A stretch of 41,781 bases of DNA from an uncultured Ruminococcus sp. (GTDB lineage: Bacteria; Bacillota; Clostridia; Oscillospirales; CAG-272), in contig CAZUJY010000001.1 in NCBI GenBank assembly GCA_964620565.1, forward strand, positions 1 through 41,781, written 5' to 3'. Made by a program: the position numbers and the translations under genes. This document shows, piece by piece, positions 17,106-26,593 of this stretch; within the stretch, counting starts at the first letter, position 1, and each line of letters opens with the position of its first letter. Below the pieces are notes generated by a model. The model saw only the letters and a program-made list of their open reading frames with translations, was not told where the DNA came from and did not search any database.

Positions 17106-20100
17106 ATGGGAGAATTTGTCCATTTACATCTTCATACCGAATACAGCCTGCTTGACGGCGCTACGAGAATTTCTTCCATAGCGGACAGAGCTCTCGCACT
17201 CGGCCAGGATGCAGTTGCTATAACTGATCACGGCGTAATGTACGGCGCAGTTGAGTTTTATACAGCCTTAAAGGAGAAGGGGATCAAGCCGATTATAGGC
17301 TGTGAGGTCTATGTTGCCCCAAGATCCCGTCATCTCAAGGAGGGAAAACAGGATTCCTCAGGCAATCACCTTATACTTTTATGCAAGAATGAAACAGGCT
17401 ACAGAAACCTTTCATATATGGTCTCTATGAGCTTTATCGACGGCTTCTATTCGAAGCCCAGGGTTGATATGGAGCTTATCCGTGCCCACAGCGAAGGACT
17501 TATTTGTCTCTCGGGTTGTATTGCGGGTAAAATACCCCAGCGTATCCTTGCCGGCAGTATGCCGGAGGCAGAGGCTGCCGCCCTTGAGCTTAAGGAGGTC
17601 TTTGGTGAGGATCTGTATCTTGAGATACAGTCCCACGGTCTTGATGATGAAAGAAGAGCAAACTACGGCTTAAAGCTTATCAGCGAAAAGCATAATATTC
17701 CTCTCGTTGCAACCAACGACGTTCATTATCTTGAGCGCTCGGATGCCGAGACTCAGGCGACTCTTATGTGTATTCAGATGAATACTCTTGTTGCCGACGG
17801 CAGACCCCTCGGCTTTGAGACCGACGAGTTCTATATGAAAAGCACCGAGGAGATGAAGGTGCTGTTCGGCACCTATAAGGATGCTATATCCAATACTGTT
17901 AAAATCGCAGAAAAGTGCAATTTTGACTTTGAATTTGACAATCTTCATCTGCCCGATTTCAGACCCGAGGGCGGTGTATCACACGCTGAAAAGCTTAGAA
18001 GTGATGCATACAACGGTTTTAACCGACACATAAAGCAGGGCAGAATTAAATTTGATAGACATACAAGGGAAGAATACGAGGCGAGGATCGAGTACGAGCT
18101 GTCAGTTATTGATAAGATGGGCTTCAATGCCTACTTTCTCATAGTCAGCGATTTTGTGACCTATGCCAAGAGCAGGGGGATTCCCGTTGGCCCCGGCAGA
18201 GGCTCGGGTGCAGGAAGCCTTGTTGCATTTCTTATAGGTATTACAGACGTCGATCCTATGATGTTTGATCTTCTCTTTGAGAGATTTTTAAATCCCGAGC
18301 GTGTTTCTATGCCCGATTTTGATATTGACTTCTGCTATAACCGCCGTGAAGAGGTTATAGACTACGTTAAATCAAAATACGGCGACGATAAGGTGGCGCA
18401 GATAGTTACCTTCGGAACTCTGGCTCCCAGGGCGGCGGTTCGTGACGTAGGACGTGCCCTCGGCCTTCCTTACAGCAAGGTTGACGTGGTTGCCAAGCTT
18501 ATACCACGTGATGCTGCGAAAATTGAGGATGCGTTATCCACATCCGAGCTTAAGGCTCTTTACACAGGCGATGAGGAGATAAAGAAGCTTATCGATCTCA
18601 GTATGAAGCTTGAGGGAATGCCTCGCCACGCCTCCACCCATGCGGCAGGCGTTGTTATGACCGAAAAGCCGACTTACGAATACGTTCCGCTTTCATACAG
18701 CGGCACAGGTGTCGTTACACAGTTTGATATGAACACCGATGCAAGGTTGGGCCTTGTTAAGTTCGATTTCCTTGGACTTCGTTATCTTACGGTTATCGAG
18801 GATGCGGTAAAGGAAATCAGAAAGCATACGCCCGACTTTGACCTCGGTCATATTGATTACAACGACGAGGCAACCTTTAAGCTTCTTTGCGAAGCCAAGA
18901 CGGATGGCGTATTTCAGCTTGAATCCGGCGGAATGAAGCAGGTTCTTGCAAAGCTATCTCCCACCTGTCTTGAGGATATAATTGCCTGCGTGGCGCTTTA
19001 CCGCCCGGGACCAATGGATTCTATCGACAGCTTTATTGCCCGTAAGCATGGAGTGGAGAAGGTTGAATATAAGATCCCCGAGCTCCGTGAGATCCTTGAA
19101 GTCACCTACGGCTGTATAGTATATCAGGAGCAGGTAATGCAGATATGCAGAAAATTGGCAGGCTATTCCTATGCGCGTGCGGATATCGTAAGACGTGCGA
19201 TGTCGAAGAAAAAGACCTCGGCAATGCAGGCTGAGCGTGAGGCGTTTGTTTCCGGATGCCTTGACCGCGGTGTTTCAAAGGCGGCGGCAGAGGAGATCTT
19301 CGAGGAGATGCTTGGCTTTGCAAAGTATGCCTTCAATAAGAGCCATGCCACAGCCTACGGCATTATCTCTTACCGCACAGCCTACCTTAAGGCTCATTAT
19401 CCCGCAGAATATTTTACTGCGCTTCTTACAAGCGTGCTTGACAATGCAGGTAAGGTAAGGGAATATATTGCCGATGCGGCTCGCTTCGGCGTTAAGGTGC
19501 TTCCTCCCGATATTAACAGCAGCGGCGAGCGATTCTCGGCAGATGGCGGTAATATCCGCTTCGGTCTTATGGCTATAAAGAACGTTGGACGTAATTTCGC
19601 TAAGGCGGTTATCAGAAATCGTTCTGCCTCGAAATATCGTTCGTTTGACGACTTTGTATCCAAAATGATCGATGCTGATCTTAATAAGCGCACCGTTGAG
19701 TATCTTATAAAGTGCGGTGCTTTTGACAGCCTCGGAGTACCTAGAAGCGCGCTTATGCAGTGCTATGAGAGTATAATTGACTCCGAGCACGACAGATCGA
19801 AAAACAATATTGCAGGACAGATGGATCTGTTCTCGCAAGCAAGCGGCGCTACGGCAAATGTAAAATATAAATATCCCGATATACAGGAATATCCCTTAAG
19901 AGAGCTTTTACTTCTTGAAAAGGAAAGCTCGGGAATGTACTTCTCAGGGCACTTGATAGACGGCTTCTCACGTCACCTTGAAGCGATCCTGCCGGATAAG
20001 ATCTCCGATATAATCGAGCAATCGGCAGAGGAGGATGAGGGCGGAAAATACAAGGACAAGTCCCAGGTAAAGATCGCCGGAATAATCACCTCCAAGCGCA

Positions 20101-20564
20101 CTAAGGTTACCAGAAACGGCGAGGTAATGGCATTTATCACCCTGGAGGACAGATTTGCCGAAATAGAGGTTATAGTTTTTGCGAAGAGCTATAGTAAGTT
20201 CTCGGATATTCTTGAGGACGATGCCGCCGTTTATATTCAGGGTAACATCTCCACAGAGGAGGGAGAGGCGCCCAGGATACTTTTATCAAGCGCAGCAGCT
20301 TTAATTCCCGACTCGGAATACTCTAATACAAAGCAAAATGATTCAGAACAGAAAATCTATATTAAAGTGCCTGACCTTTCAGACAGCAGAATCAACAATT
20401 TAAAGCGTATTTCTGCACTTAACAGGGGAAATGCTAAAATTGTGCTCTATGATAACAGTAGAGGAAAATACTGCGTTATGAAGGATACGACGGTTGATCC
20501 GTCGGATAAGGTTATGGCAAGGTTATCCGCTATTTTTGGAGCAGACAGCGTAATTTTGAAATAA
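17106..20564 (+). CDS. dnaE: DNA polymerase III alpha subunit (DnaE type)
   Basis: PHP domain 'FVHLHLHTEYSLLDGA', 'GPGRGSGAGSLVA', 'PDFDIDF', 'GLVKFDFLGLR' and an OB-fold near the C-terminus. Start at the ATG at 17106, which gives the usual N-terminus. Confidence 0.95.
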   Translation: MGEFVHLHLHTEYSLLDGATRISSIADRALALGQDAVAITDHGVMYGAVEFYTALKEKGIKPIIGCEVYVAPRSRHLKEGKQDSSGNHLILLCKNETGYRNLSYMVSMSFIDGFYSKPRVDMELIRAHSEGLICLSGCIAGKIPQRILAGSMPEAEAAALELKEVFGEDLYLEIQSHGLDDERRANYGLKLISEKHNIPLVATNDVHYLERSDAETQATLMCIQMNTLVADGRPLGFETDEFYMKSTEEMKVLFGTYKDAISNTVKIAEKCNFDFEFDNLHLPDFRPEGGVSHAEKLRSDAYNGFNRHIKQGRIKFDRHTREEYEARIEYELSVIDKMGFNAYFLIVSDFVTYAKSRGIPVGPGRGSGAGSLVAFLIGITDVDPMMFDLLFERFLNPERVSMPDFDIDFCYNRREEVIDYVKSKYGDDKVAQIVTFGTLAPRAAVRDVGRALGLPYSKVDVVAKLIPRDAAKIEDALSTSELKALYTGDEEIKKLIDLSMKLEGMPRHASTHAAGVVMTEKPTYEYVPLSYSGTGVVTQFDMNTDARLGLVKFDFLGLRYLTVIEDAVKEIRKHTPDFDLGHIDYNDEATFKLLCEAKTDGVFQLESGGMKQVLAKLSPTCLEDIIACVALYRPGPMDSIDSFIARKHGVEKVEYKIPELREILEVTYGCIVYQEQVMQICRKLAGYSYARADIVRRAMSKKKTSAMQAEREAFVSGCLDRGVSKAAAEEIFEEMLGFAKYAFNKSHATAYGIISYRTAYLKAHYPAEYFTALLTSVLDNAGKVREYIADAARFGVKVLPPDINSSGERFSADGGNIRFGLMAIKNVGRNFAKAVIRNRSASKYRSFDDFVSKMIDADLNKRTVEYLIKCGAFDSLGVPRSALMQCYESIIDSEHDRSKNNIAGQMDLFSQASGATANVKYKYPDIQEYPLRELLLLEKESSGMYFSGHLIDGFSRHLEAILPDKISDIIEQSAEEDEGGKYKDKSQVKIAGIITSKRTKVTRNGEVMAFITLEDRFAEIEVIVFAKSYSKFSDILEDDAAVYIQGNISTEEGEAPRILLSSAAALIPDSEYSNTKQNDSEQKIYIKVPDLSDSRINNLKRISALNRGNAKIVLYDNSRGKYCVMKDTTVDPSDKVMARLSAIFGADSVILK

Positions 20565-20598
20565 AATCATAAAGATTTTTTCATAATTTTATGCTAAA

Positions 20599-21294
20599 AT
20601 GATCTTAGCGGAGGCCGTGGTGTTTCTTAAGGTATTTACAGATCTGATTTTGGTATTTATATTGATTGGCGGATCCTATTACGGATATAAGCGAGGTCTT
20701 ATCATGCTTCTGGCAAGACCTCTGCGTCCGTATTTATCTCTTCTGGTGGCATTTAATTATTGCCGTCCGCTGGGAAGCTTTGCGATCACGCCGATCATCG
20801 AAAAGCCGATTACCGAGCTGATAAGAAAATACCTGTATGACAGATTCATAGGTGTCTCTCTGGAAGAGGGAATAGAGGAAATACCCACAGTTTTGAGGTT
20901 AGCCCTGACAGGATTGGGCGTAGGTATCAAGGGCGAGGCTCATACCTTAGAGGACGCCATGGAGATCATTCTATTGACCCTCTCGGATATGCTTGTGGAT
21001 CTTTTGTCGACCGTGATCGCCTTTTTGCTGATTTATATAATCACGAAGCTCGCTATTAGTTTATTGGTCAACCTTATAGACTTGCTTGCAGATAAAAGTC
21101 TGCTTGGCGCAGTCAACCGTTTTCTTGGAATCGTAGTATCATTTGCGCTTTCCCTTATAGCCGCAAGGCTTGTAGCGGTTGGGATTTATCATTTAATGGA
21201 TGCTAAGGTCATTGATACTTCGAGCTTTAACGGTGGACCCTTATTCAGATTTTTTATAAGCTTCAGTCCTTTAGGACTGCTACTCGGCTTTTAG
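20599..21294 (+). CDS. CvpA family membrane protein
   Basis: A multi-TM protein with the CvpA-like N-terminus 'DLILVFILIGGSYYGYKRGL'. The start is uncertain: the GTG at 20620 lies 5 nt after GGAGG and may be the real start. Confidence 0.65.
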   Translation: MILAEAVVFLKVFTDLILVFILIGGSYYGYKRGLIMLLARPLRPYLSLLVAFNYCRPLGSFAITPIIEKPITELIRKYLYDRFIGVSLEEGIEEIPTVLRLALTGLGVGIKGEAHTLEDAMEIILLTLSDMLVDLLSTVIAFLLIYIITKLAISLLVNLIDLLADKSLLGAVNRFLGIVVSFALSLIAARLVAVGIYHLMDAKVIDTSSFNGGPLFRFFISFSPLGLLLGF

Positions 21295-21338
21295 TTTTTA
21301 AGTTAAACTTGTCGCAGGAGCGACGGAATGGAAAATAA

Positions 21339-23633
21339 ATGAAAATTCAAGTTTGTGTCAGATGTAAAAAAAGACCCGCATCAGTCTATGTAACCCGTCT
21401 TGACGGTGGCAATTCGGTAAGCGAGGGACTTTGCTTCCAGTGTGCTGCCGAGCTTGGCATCAAGCCGCCTCCCGTGGTTGATATGCTTAAGAAGATGGGC
21501 ATTGATGACGATGCTATTCAGGGCATGACCGACGAGGTCAATGCTATGATGGAAAACGCTCTTGTTGAGGGCGATGATGAAAACGAAAACGGAAAGGTTC
21601 CCACACTGAATCTTGGCGAGCTTTTCGGTATGCCATCAAAGCCTCAGTCCGAGGGTGCAGATAAGAGAAGACGCCCTGACGGAAAGAAGGAGGATCCCTC
21701 GAAAAAGCTTCTTTCCACCTATTGCGCTAACCTTAACCGCAAGGCGGCAGAGGGAAAGATAGACAGAATTGTCGGACGTGACAGAGAGATCGACCGTATG
21801 ATACAGATCCTTTGCCGCAGACAGAAGAACAATCCCTGTCTTATCGGTGAGCCCGGCGTAGGTAAAACGGCTATTGTAGAGGCTCTTGCGCTTAGAATTG
21901 TCGAGGGTAAGGTGCCCGAGGCGCTTGCAGGCTTTGAGGTATGGCAGCTTGATCTTACAGCACTCGTTGCGGGAACACAGTTCCGTGGTCAGTTTGAGTC
22001 ACGTATACTCGGTCTTTTGAAGGAGATCAAGGCAGCAGGCAATATTATCCTTATGATCGATGAGGTTCATAATATTGCAGGCGCAGGCGAGACCTCGGAC
22101 GGAAGCATGAGTGCCGCTAATCTCTTAAAGCCCGCTCTTTCGAGAGGTGAGATCCGTGTTATCGGAGCTACCACTCTTAAGGAGTACAGAAAGTGCATTG
22201 AGAAGGACAGCGCTCTTGAGCGTCGCTTCCAGCCTGTTAAAATTGAAGAGCCTTCGGTTGACGAGACCGTTGATATAATAAAGGGAATCAAGAAGTATTA
22301 CGAGGACTTCCACGGTGTTTCCATCACCGACGAGGTAGCCCGTCTTGCGGCAACTCTTTCGGAGAGATATATCACCGACAGATTCCTGCCCGATAAGGCA
22401 ATCGACCTTATTGACGAGGCTGCTGCAAAGGCTGCCCTTAACTGTCCCGAGCTTAATGAAAGTCGCCGCAATCAGAAGCGCCTTGCTGAGATAGATGCTA
22501 GAAGCGGTGAGCTTGAGGGTAAGGCGGAAAATCCCGAGGGGCAGACCGAGGAGAATTATAAGGAGCTTGCAGATCTCAAATCCGAGAGAATCAGACTTGA
22601 GACAAGACAGAAGATTATTACTCCTGTTATTAACGATCTCAGACTTACTCCCGACGATCTTCTTCGTGTAATTGAAATTTGGACGGGCATTCCCGCCGCA
22701 GAGCTTTCTATTGGTGAGCTTTCCCAGCTTTCAGGCCTTTATGAGCGCATTTCAAAGCAGGTTATCGGTCAGGATGAGGCTGTCAGCTCTGTTGTACGTG
22801 CCATTAAGCGTAAGCGTGCAGGAGTATCTTACAGACAAAATCCCGTTTCGATGATTTTCGCAGGTCCTACCGGTGTTGGTAAGACCGAGCTTGTAAAGGT
22901 TCTTGCACAGGATCTCTTTAAGCAGCCCGAGTCGCTTATTAGACTTGATATGTCGGAGTTTATGGAGAAGCACTCTGTGTCCAGAATCGTCGGAGCCCCT
23001 CCCGGATACGTTGGATACGACGAGGCAGGTCAGCTTACCGAGAAGATTCGCCGCCGCCCTTATTCGGTTGTGCTTTTTGATGAGATAGAAAAGGCGCATC
23101 CCGACGTGCTTAATATTCTTCTTCAGGTGCTTGACGACGGCAAGATCACCGATGCGCAGGGAAGAACTGTTAATTTTGAAAACACCATAATCATTATGAC
23201 CACTAACGCAGGCAGCGAGGGCTCATCCTCTATACCCGGCTTTGCGGAGAAGCGTGAGCTTGTAGCCAAGGACAGAACCGAGAAGGCGCTTTCCACCTTC
23301 CTTCGTCCCGAGTTTATCAACCGTATTGACGAGATCATAACCTTCCGTCACCTTGACAGAGATGATTTTGTTAAGATCGCTGATATTATGCTCTCAAAGC
23401 TGCGTGATCACTTCGCAGAAAAAGGCATTAAGCTTATGTATAATGATGCGGTGCTTTCGCTTATAGCGAAGGAATCCTATTCGGATAAGTACGGCGCAAG
23501 AAATATGCGCAGGTACATTGAACGCAACGTTGAGGATAAGCTTGCGGCTGTAATTCTTGATAATTACGGAAGCACGATCAAGGGTATATCCCTTACTGCT
23601 CCCGACGGTGAGATCAAGGTTGATTTTATATAA
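21339..23633 (+). CDS. ClpC/ClpA-family double-AAA+ unfoldase with an N-terminal C4 zinc ribbon in place of Clp_N repeats
   Basis: Walker A 'GEPGVGKTA' (D1) and 'GPTGVGKTE' (D2), 'RFQPV' and 'GARNMRR'. A short coiled-coil linker lies between D1 and D2. A possible ClpP-docking loop is 'SIPGF'. The N-terminus is 'CVRCKK...CFQCAAELG'. 764 aa. Confidence 0.85.
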   Translation: MKIQVCVRCKKRPASVYVTRLDGGNSVSEGLCFQCAAELGIKPPPVVDMLKKMGIDDDAIQGMTDEVNAMMENALVEGDDENENGKVPTLNLGELFGMPSKPQSEGADKRRRPDGKKEDPSKKLLSTYCANLNRKAAEGKIDRIVGRDREIDRMIQILCRRQKNNPCLIGEPGVGKTAIVEALALRIVEGKVPEALAGFEVWQLDLTALVAGTQFRGQFESRILGLLKEIKAAGNIILMIDEVHNIAGAGETSDGSMSAANLLKPALSRGEIRVIGATTLKEYRKCIEKDSALERRFQPVKIEEPSVDETVDIIKGIKKYYEDFHGVSITDEVARLAATLSERYITDRFLPDKAIDLIDEAAAKAALNCPELNESRRNQKRLAEIDARSGELEGKAENPEGQTEENYKELADLKSERIRLETRQKIITPVINDLRLTPDDLLRVIEIWTGIPAAELSIGELSQLSGLYERISKQVIGQDEAVSSVVRAIKRKRAGVSYRQNPVSMIFAGPTGVGKTELVKVLAQDLFKQPESLIRLDMSEFMEKHSVSRIVGAPPGYVGYDEAGQLTEKIRRRPYSVVLFDEIEKAHPDVLNILLQVLDDGKITDAQGRTVNFENTIIIMTTNAGSEGSSSIPGFAEKRELVAKDRTEKALSTFLRPEFINRIDEIITFRHLDRDDFVKIADIMLSKLRDHFAEKGIKLMYNDAVLSLIAKESYSDKYGARNMRRYIERNVEDKLAAVILDNYGSTIKGISLTAPDGEIKVDFI

Positions 23634-23658
23634 AATGACAGAAAGGTAGATAAAAATC

Positions 23659-24480
23659 GTGGCAGAATGCTCACACGATTGTTCTGGCTGCTCGCAGAAG
23701 TGCTCTAAGGAGTCACTGCTTGAGCCGCAGAACAAGGCAAGTAACGTTAAACGTGTAATCGGAGTTGTAAGCGGTAAGGGTGGAGTTGGTAAATCTCTCG
23801 TAACCTCTATGCTTGCAGTAAGTATGCAGAGAAGAGGCTATAAGACAGCCATTCTTGATGCAGATATAACAGGTCCCTCAATCCCTAAGTCCTTTGGACT
23901 TAAGTGCGGATCGGTTGAGGGCAGTGATCTCGGTATGTTTCCGCCCAGATCAAAGACCGGAATTGAGGTAATGAGCGTAAATCTCCTTATGGACGAAGAG
24001 ACCAAGCCTGTTGTATGGCGCGGTCCTGTAATTGCAGGTGTTGTAAAGCAGTTCTGGACCGATGTTGTTTGGGGTGAGGTGGACTTTATGTTCGTTGATA
24101 TGCCTCCCGGAACAGGCGACGTTCCTCTTACCGTATTCCAGAGCCTTCCTCTTGACGGTATCATCATCGTTACCAGCCCCCAGGAGCTTGTCTCTATGAT
24201 AGTTGAGAAGGCTGTTAATATGGCTGATCTTATGAACGTTAAGCTCCTTGGCCTTGTAGAAAATTACAGCTATATAGTTTGTCCCGATTGTGGAAAGGTT
24301 ATAAGACCTTACGGAGAGAGCAGAATTGATGATATTGCATCTACTCACGCAACGTCGGTTCTTGCAAAGCTTCCTATCGATCCCAGCCTCGCATCTCTTT
24401 GTGACAAGGGCGTAATCGAGCTGTTTGAGGGCGATTATATGGAGAGAGCGGCTGATCTTATCGAAAAGCTGGCTAAATAA
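23659..24480 (+). CDS. Mrp/NBP35 (ApbC-like) iron-sulfur cluster carrier ATPase
   Basis: Deviant Walker A 'GVVSGKGGVGKS', 'DADITGPS', 'DMPPGTGD', the C-terminal 'CPDCG' and an N-terminal Cys cluster 'CSHDCSGCSQKC'. GTG start. 273 aa. Confidence 0.88.
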   Translation: MAECSHDCSGCSQKCSKESLLEPQNKASNVKRVIGVVSGKGGVGKSLVTSMLAVSMQRRGYKTAILDADITGPSIPKSFGLKCGSVEGSDLGMFPPRSKTGIEVMSVNLLMDEETKPVVWRGPVIAGVVKQFWTDVVWGEVDFMFVDMPPGTGDVPLTVFQSLPLDGIIIVTSPQELVSMIVEKAVNMADLMNVKLLGLVENYSYIVCPDCGKVIRPYGESRIDDIASTHATSVLAKLPIDPSLASLCDKGVIELFEGDYMERAADLIEKLAK

Positions 24481-24499
24481 TCGAAGATCAATATTATAA

Positions 24500-24543
24500 A
24501 ATCACAGGATAGCGTTTTATGCGTGTTTCCTGTGATTTTTTTA
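24500..24543 (+). terminator. Intrinsic terminator after the Mrp-like gene
   Basis: 'aatcacagga' pairs with 'tcctgtgatt', followed by a T-run (24536..24543). Confidence 0.7.
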
Positions 24544-24572
24544 TCTAAAAAATATTTTTTATAGAACATTTT

Positions 24573-24605
24573 GTGACAAGTTATTTATATCGGCTGTGCT
24601 ACAAT
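24573..24605 (+). promoter_or_regulatory. Candidate spoIIG-type promoter (extended -10 with an over-long spacer to a -35-like element)
   Basis: TGcTACAAT with the -10 at 24600..24605. The -35-like 'GTGACA/TTGTGA' at 24571..24578 lies 21-23 nt upstream. Weak 0A-box-like heptamers ('tgtgaca', 'aatcgaa') match 5 of 7 positions only. Confidence 0.3.
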
Positions 24606-24631
24606 ATTTTTTAGAAAAGAGGTGAGGGAAT

Positions 24632-25498
24632 ATGAGGACTTTATACGTTGACGTGTATTTTTTAATCAATTTTACCGTTGATCTTTTGTCGCTCTATTTT
24701 GCCTCCTGCTTTTCAAAAGTACCTACAAATACAAAGCGACTGATAATTTCCTCTCTTATAGGTGCGCTTGTGGCAGTGGGCGTTGTCTTTCTTCCGGAAT
24801 ATGCGATATTGAAGTTTTCGGTAGCTACGGTAGGACTGATAGTTATGGGTCTGATTGCGCCTAAAAGGGTTGGCTTTCGCAGGAAAATCAAATTCATCTT
24901 TGCTTTTATCATATTTGAGGCGCTGATAGGAGGAGTAGTATCCTTTTTATGGGGAATACTAGATAAGTACATATCAAAATTGTTTGAGGGAGCAGAGGGC
25001 GGTGCGGTAAATCGCAAGATGCTATTTCTCTCCTTAATAGTTCTTTTATCCATAGGAGTTTTTAAGATGCTTGTATCATTCTTTTCTAATATCGAAAGCG
25101 AGGGAAGTGCCAAGGTAGAAATATCCTTCCTTGATAATACAGCCGTTGTTTCCGCCTTTGTTGATAGTGGGAATCTGGCTATTGATCCGATGGATATGAG
25201 TCCTATCCTTTTAATCAAGAAGGATGTGGCAAAAAGCATTCTGCCCGAAAATATCATTGAACTTTCGAACATTGATTCGCTTGAACGAAATGTGAAAAAA
25301 CGCATAAGGCTTATTCCCGTATCCCGAGGCGGTGAAACTCACGTGCTTGTGGGAGTGAAGGCGGACACAGTAAGATTAGTTGACGGTGATCGCTCAGAGG
25401 AGCTGCGTGTAACCCTTGCCATTGATAAGGAAGGAGGAGATTTCGGCGGTTATAAGGCGCTTATGCCATCCGCCGCACTTGATAATGCAATTCGTTAA
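24632..25498 (+). CDS. spoIIGA: Sigma-E processing peptidase SpoIIGA
   Basis: '[20 protein letters not shown]', five N-terminal TM helices, and the aspartic protease motif 'FVDSGN'. Located directly upstream of sigE. 288 aa. Confidence 0.9.
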   Translation: MRTLYVDVYFLINFTVDLLSLYFASCFSKVPTNTKRLIISSLIGALVAVGVVFLPEYAILKFSVATVGLIVMGLIAPKRVGFRRKIKFIFAFIIFEALIGGVVSFLWGILDKYISKLFEGAEGGAVNRKMLFLSLIVLLSIGVFKMLVSFFSNIESEGSAKVEISFLDNTAVVSAFVDSGNLAIDPMDMSPILLIKKDVAKSILPENIIELSNIDSLERNVKKRIRLIPVSRGGETHVLVGVKADTVRLVDGDRSEELRVTLAIDKEGGDFGGYKALMPSAALDNAIR

Positions 25499-26198
25499 CA
25501 GAGTAACACCGTTAATTCGGATAAGACTCTTTTTTGCAAGACTATTCAGAAAAAACGGTATATATTATATAAATGGTAGCGAAACGCTTCCTGCGCCACT
25601 GTCGGCGGAGGAAGAGGAAATTATGATCAAAAATATTGCCACCGAGGAGGCAAGGGATGTATTAATTGAGCATAACCTTAGGCTTGTTGCCTACATAGCG
25701 AAAAGGTTTGAAAATACCGGTGCCAATATTGAGGAGCTGATCTCTATTGGAACGGTAGGACTTGTCAAGGCTATCTCCACCTTTAATTCGGATAAAAATA
25801 TCAAGCTTGCCACCTATGCCTCAAGATGTATAGAAAACGAAATTCTGATGTTTATCAGAAAGACCACATCTCACAAAAGGGAAATATCGATAGATGAGCC
25901 CTTAAGCGTTGATTGGGATGGAAACGAGCTTCTTCTTTCTGACATTTTAGGCAGTGATTCCGACGTGGTTACAAAGGATATGGAGGAGGACGAGGAGAGG
26001 CGGATCGTACGAAATGCCGTGTCTGATCTTAATGACAGGGAAAGGATAATAGTAGAGCTTCGCTTCGGCCTTGGAAACCGTGAGCCTCTCACTCAGAAGG
26101 AGGTTGCGGACGCACTTGGTATAAGTCAGAGCTATATTTCACGTCTTGAGAAGAAAATAATGAGTAGATTACGTAAAAAAATAGAAGAAAAGATATAA
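25485..26198 (+). CDS. sigE: RNA polymerase sporulation sigma factor E (pro-sigma-E)
   Basis: Near-identical blocks to B. subtilis SigE: 'YYI.GSE.LP.PLS..EE', '[33 protein letters not shown]', '[16 protein letters not shown]', '[13 protein letters not shown]' and '[12 protein letters not shown]'. The ATG at 25485 overlaps the spoIIGA stop by 14 nt. 237 aa. Confidence 0.95.
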   Translation: MQFVNRVTPLIRIRLFFARLFRKNGIYYINGSETLPAPLSAEEEEIMIKNIATEEARDVLIEHNLRLVAYIAKRFENTGANIEELISIGTVGLVKAISTFNSDKNIKLATYASRCIENEILMFIRKTTSHKREISIDEPLSVDWDGNELLLSDILGSDSDVVTKDMEEDEERRIVRNAVSDLNDRERIIVELRFGLGNREPLTQKEVADALGISQSYISRLEKKIMSRLRKKIEEKI

Positions 26199-26215
26199 TT
26201 TTTTTGAAAAAAGTA

Positions 26216-26244
26216 TTGCAAAAACGAAAATTATATGATATAAT
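26216..26244 (+). promoter_or_regulatory. Sigma-A type promoter for rpmE
   Basis: TTGCAA (26216..26221), 17-nt spacer, TGaTATAAT (TATAAT at 26239..26244). Confidence 0.6.
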
Positions 26245-26285
26245 AAGCCGTATTAAAATGACTATAATGTAAAAGAGGTGTTAAA

Positions 26286-26498
26286 ATGAAGGCAGGATTA
26301 CATCCCGAATACAAAGAGGCTACCATTAAGTGTGCATGCGGTGCTACTGTTCAGACTCACTCCGTTAAGGGCGATATGAACGTGGAAATTTGCTCCAAGT
26401 GCCATCCTTTCTATACAGGTAAGCAGAAGTTTGTTGACGCAGGCGGACGTCTCGATAAGTTCAAGAAGAGACTTGCAGCTGCACAGAACAACAAGTAA
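26286..26498 (+). CDS. rpmE: 50S ribosomal protein L31 (Zn-binding type A)
   Basis: 'MKAGLHPEY....IKCACG......S......[23 protein letters not shown]'. 70 aa. Confidence 0.95.
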   Translation: MKAGLHPEYKEATIKCACGATVQTHSVKGDMNVEICSKCHPFYTGKQKFVDAGGRLDKFKKRLAAAQNNK

Positions 26499-26513
26499 TC
26501 TATGTATCATAAA

Positions 26514-26545
26514 AGAGCGCTCGGATATTTCCGTCGCTCTTTTTG
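26514..26545 (+). terminator. Intrinsic terminator after rpmE
   Basis: 'agagcg' pairs with 'cgctct' around the loop 'ctcggatatttccgt', followed by 'ttttt'. Confidence 0.6.
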
Positions 26546-26593
26546 TTTCTTATTGGGGTATTCATAAGATTATTTCTTAAAAAGGATTTATTT

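Noticed and set aside
25416-25484. Upstream extension of sigE
   Set aside because: Comparison with the B. subtilis pro-sigma-E length (239 aa) and pro-sequence favours the ATG at 25485. The extension lies within spoIIGA coding sequence.
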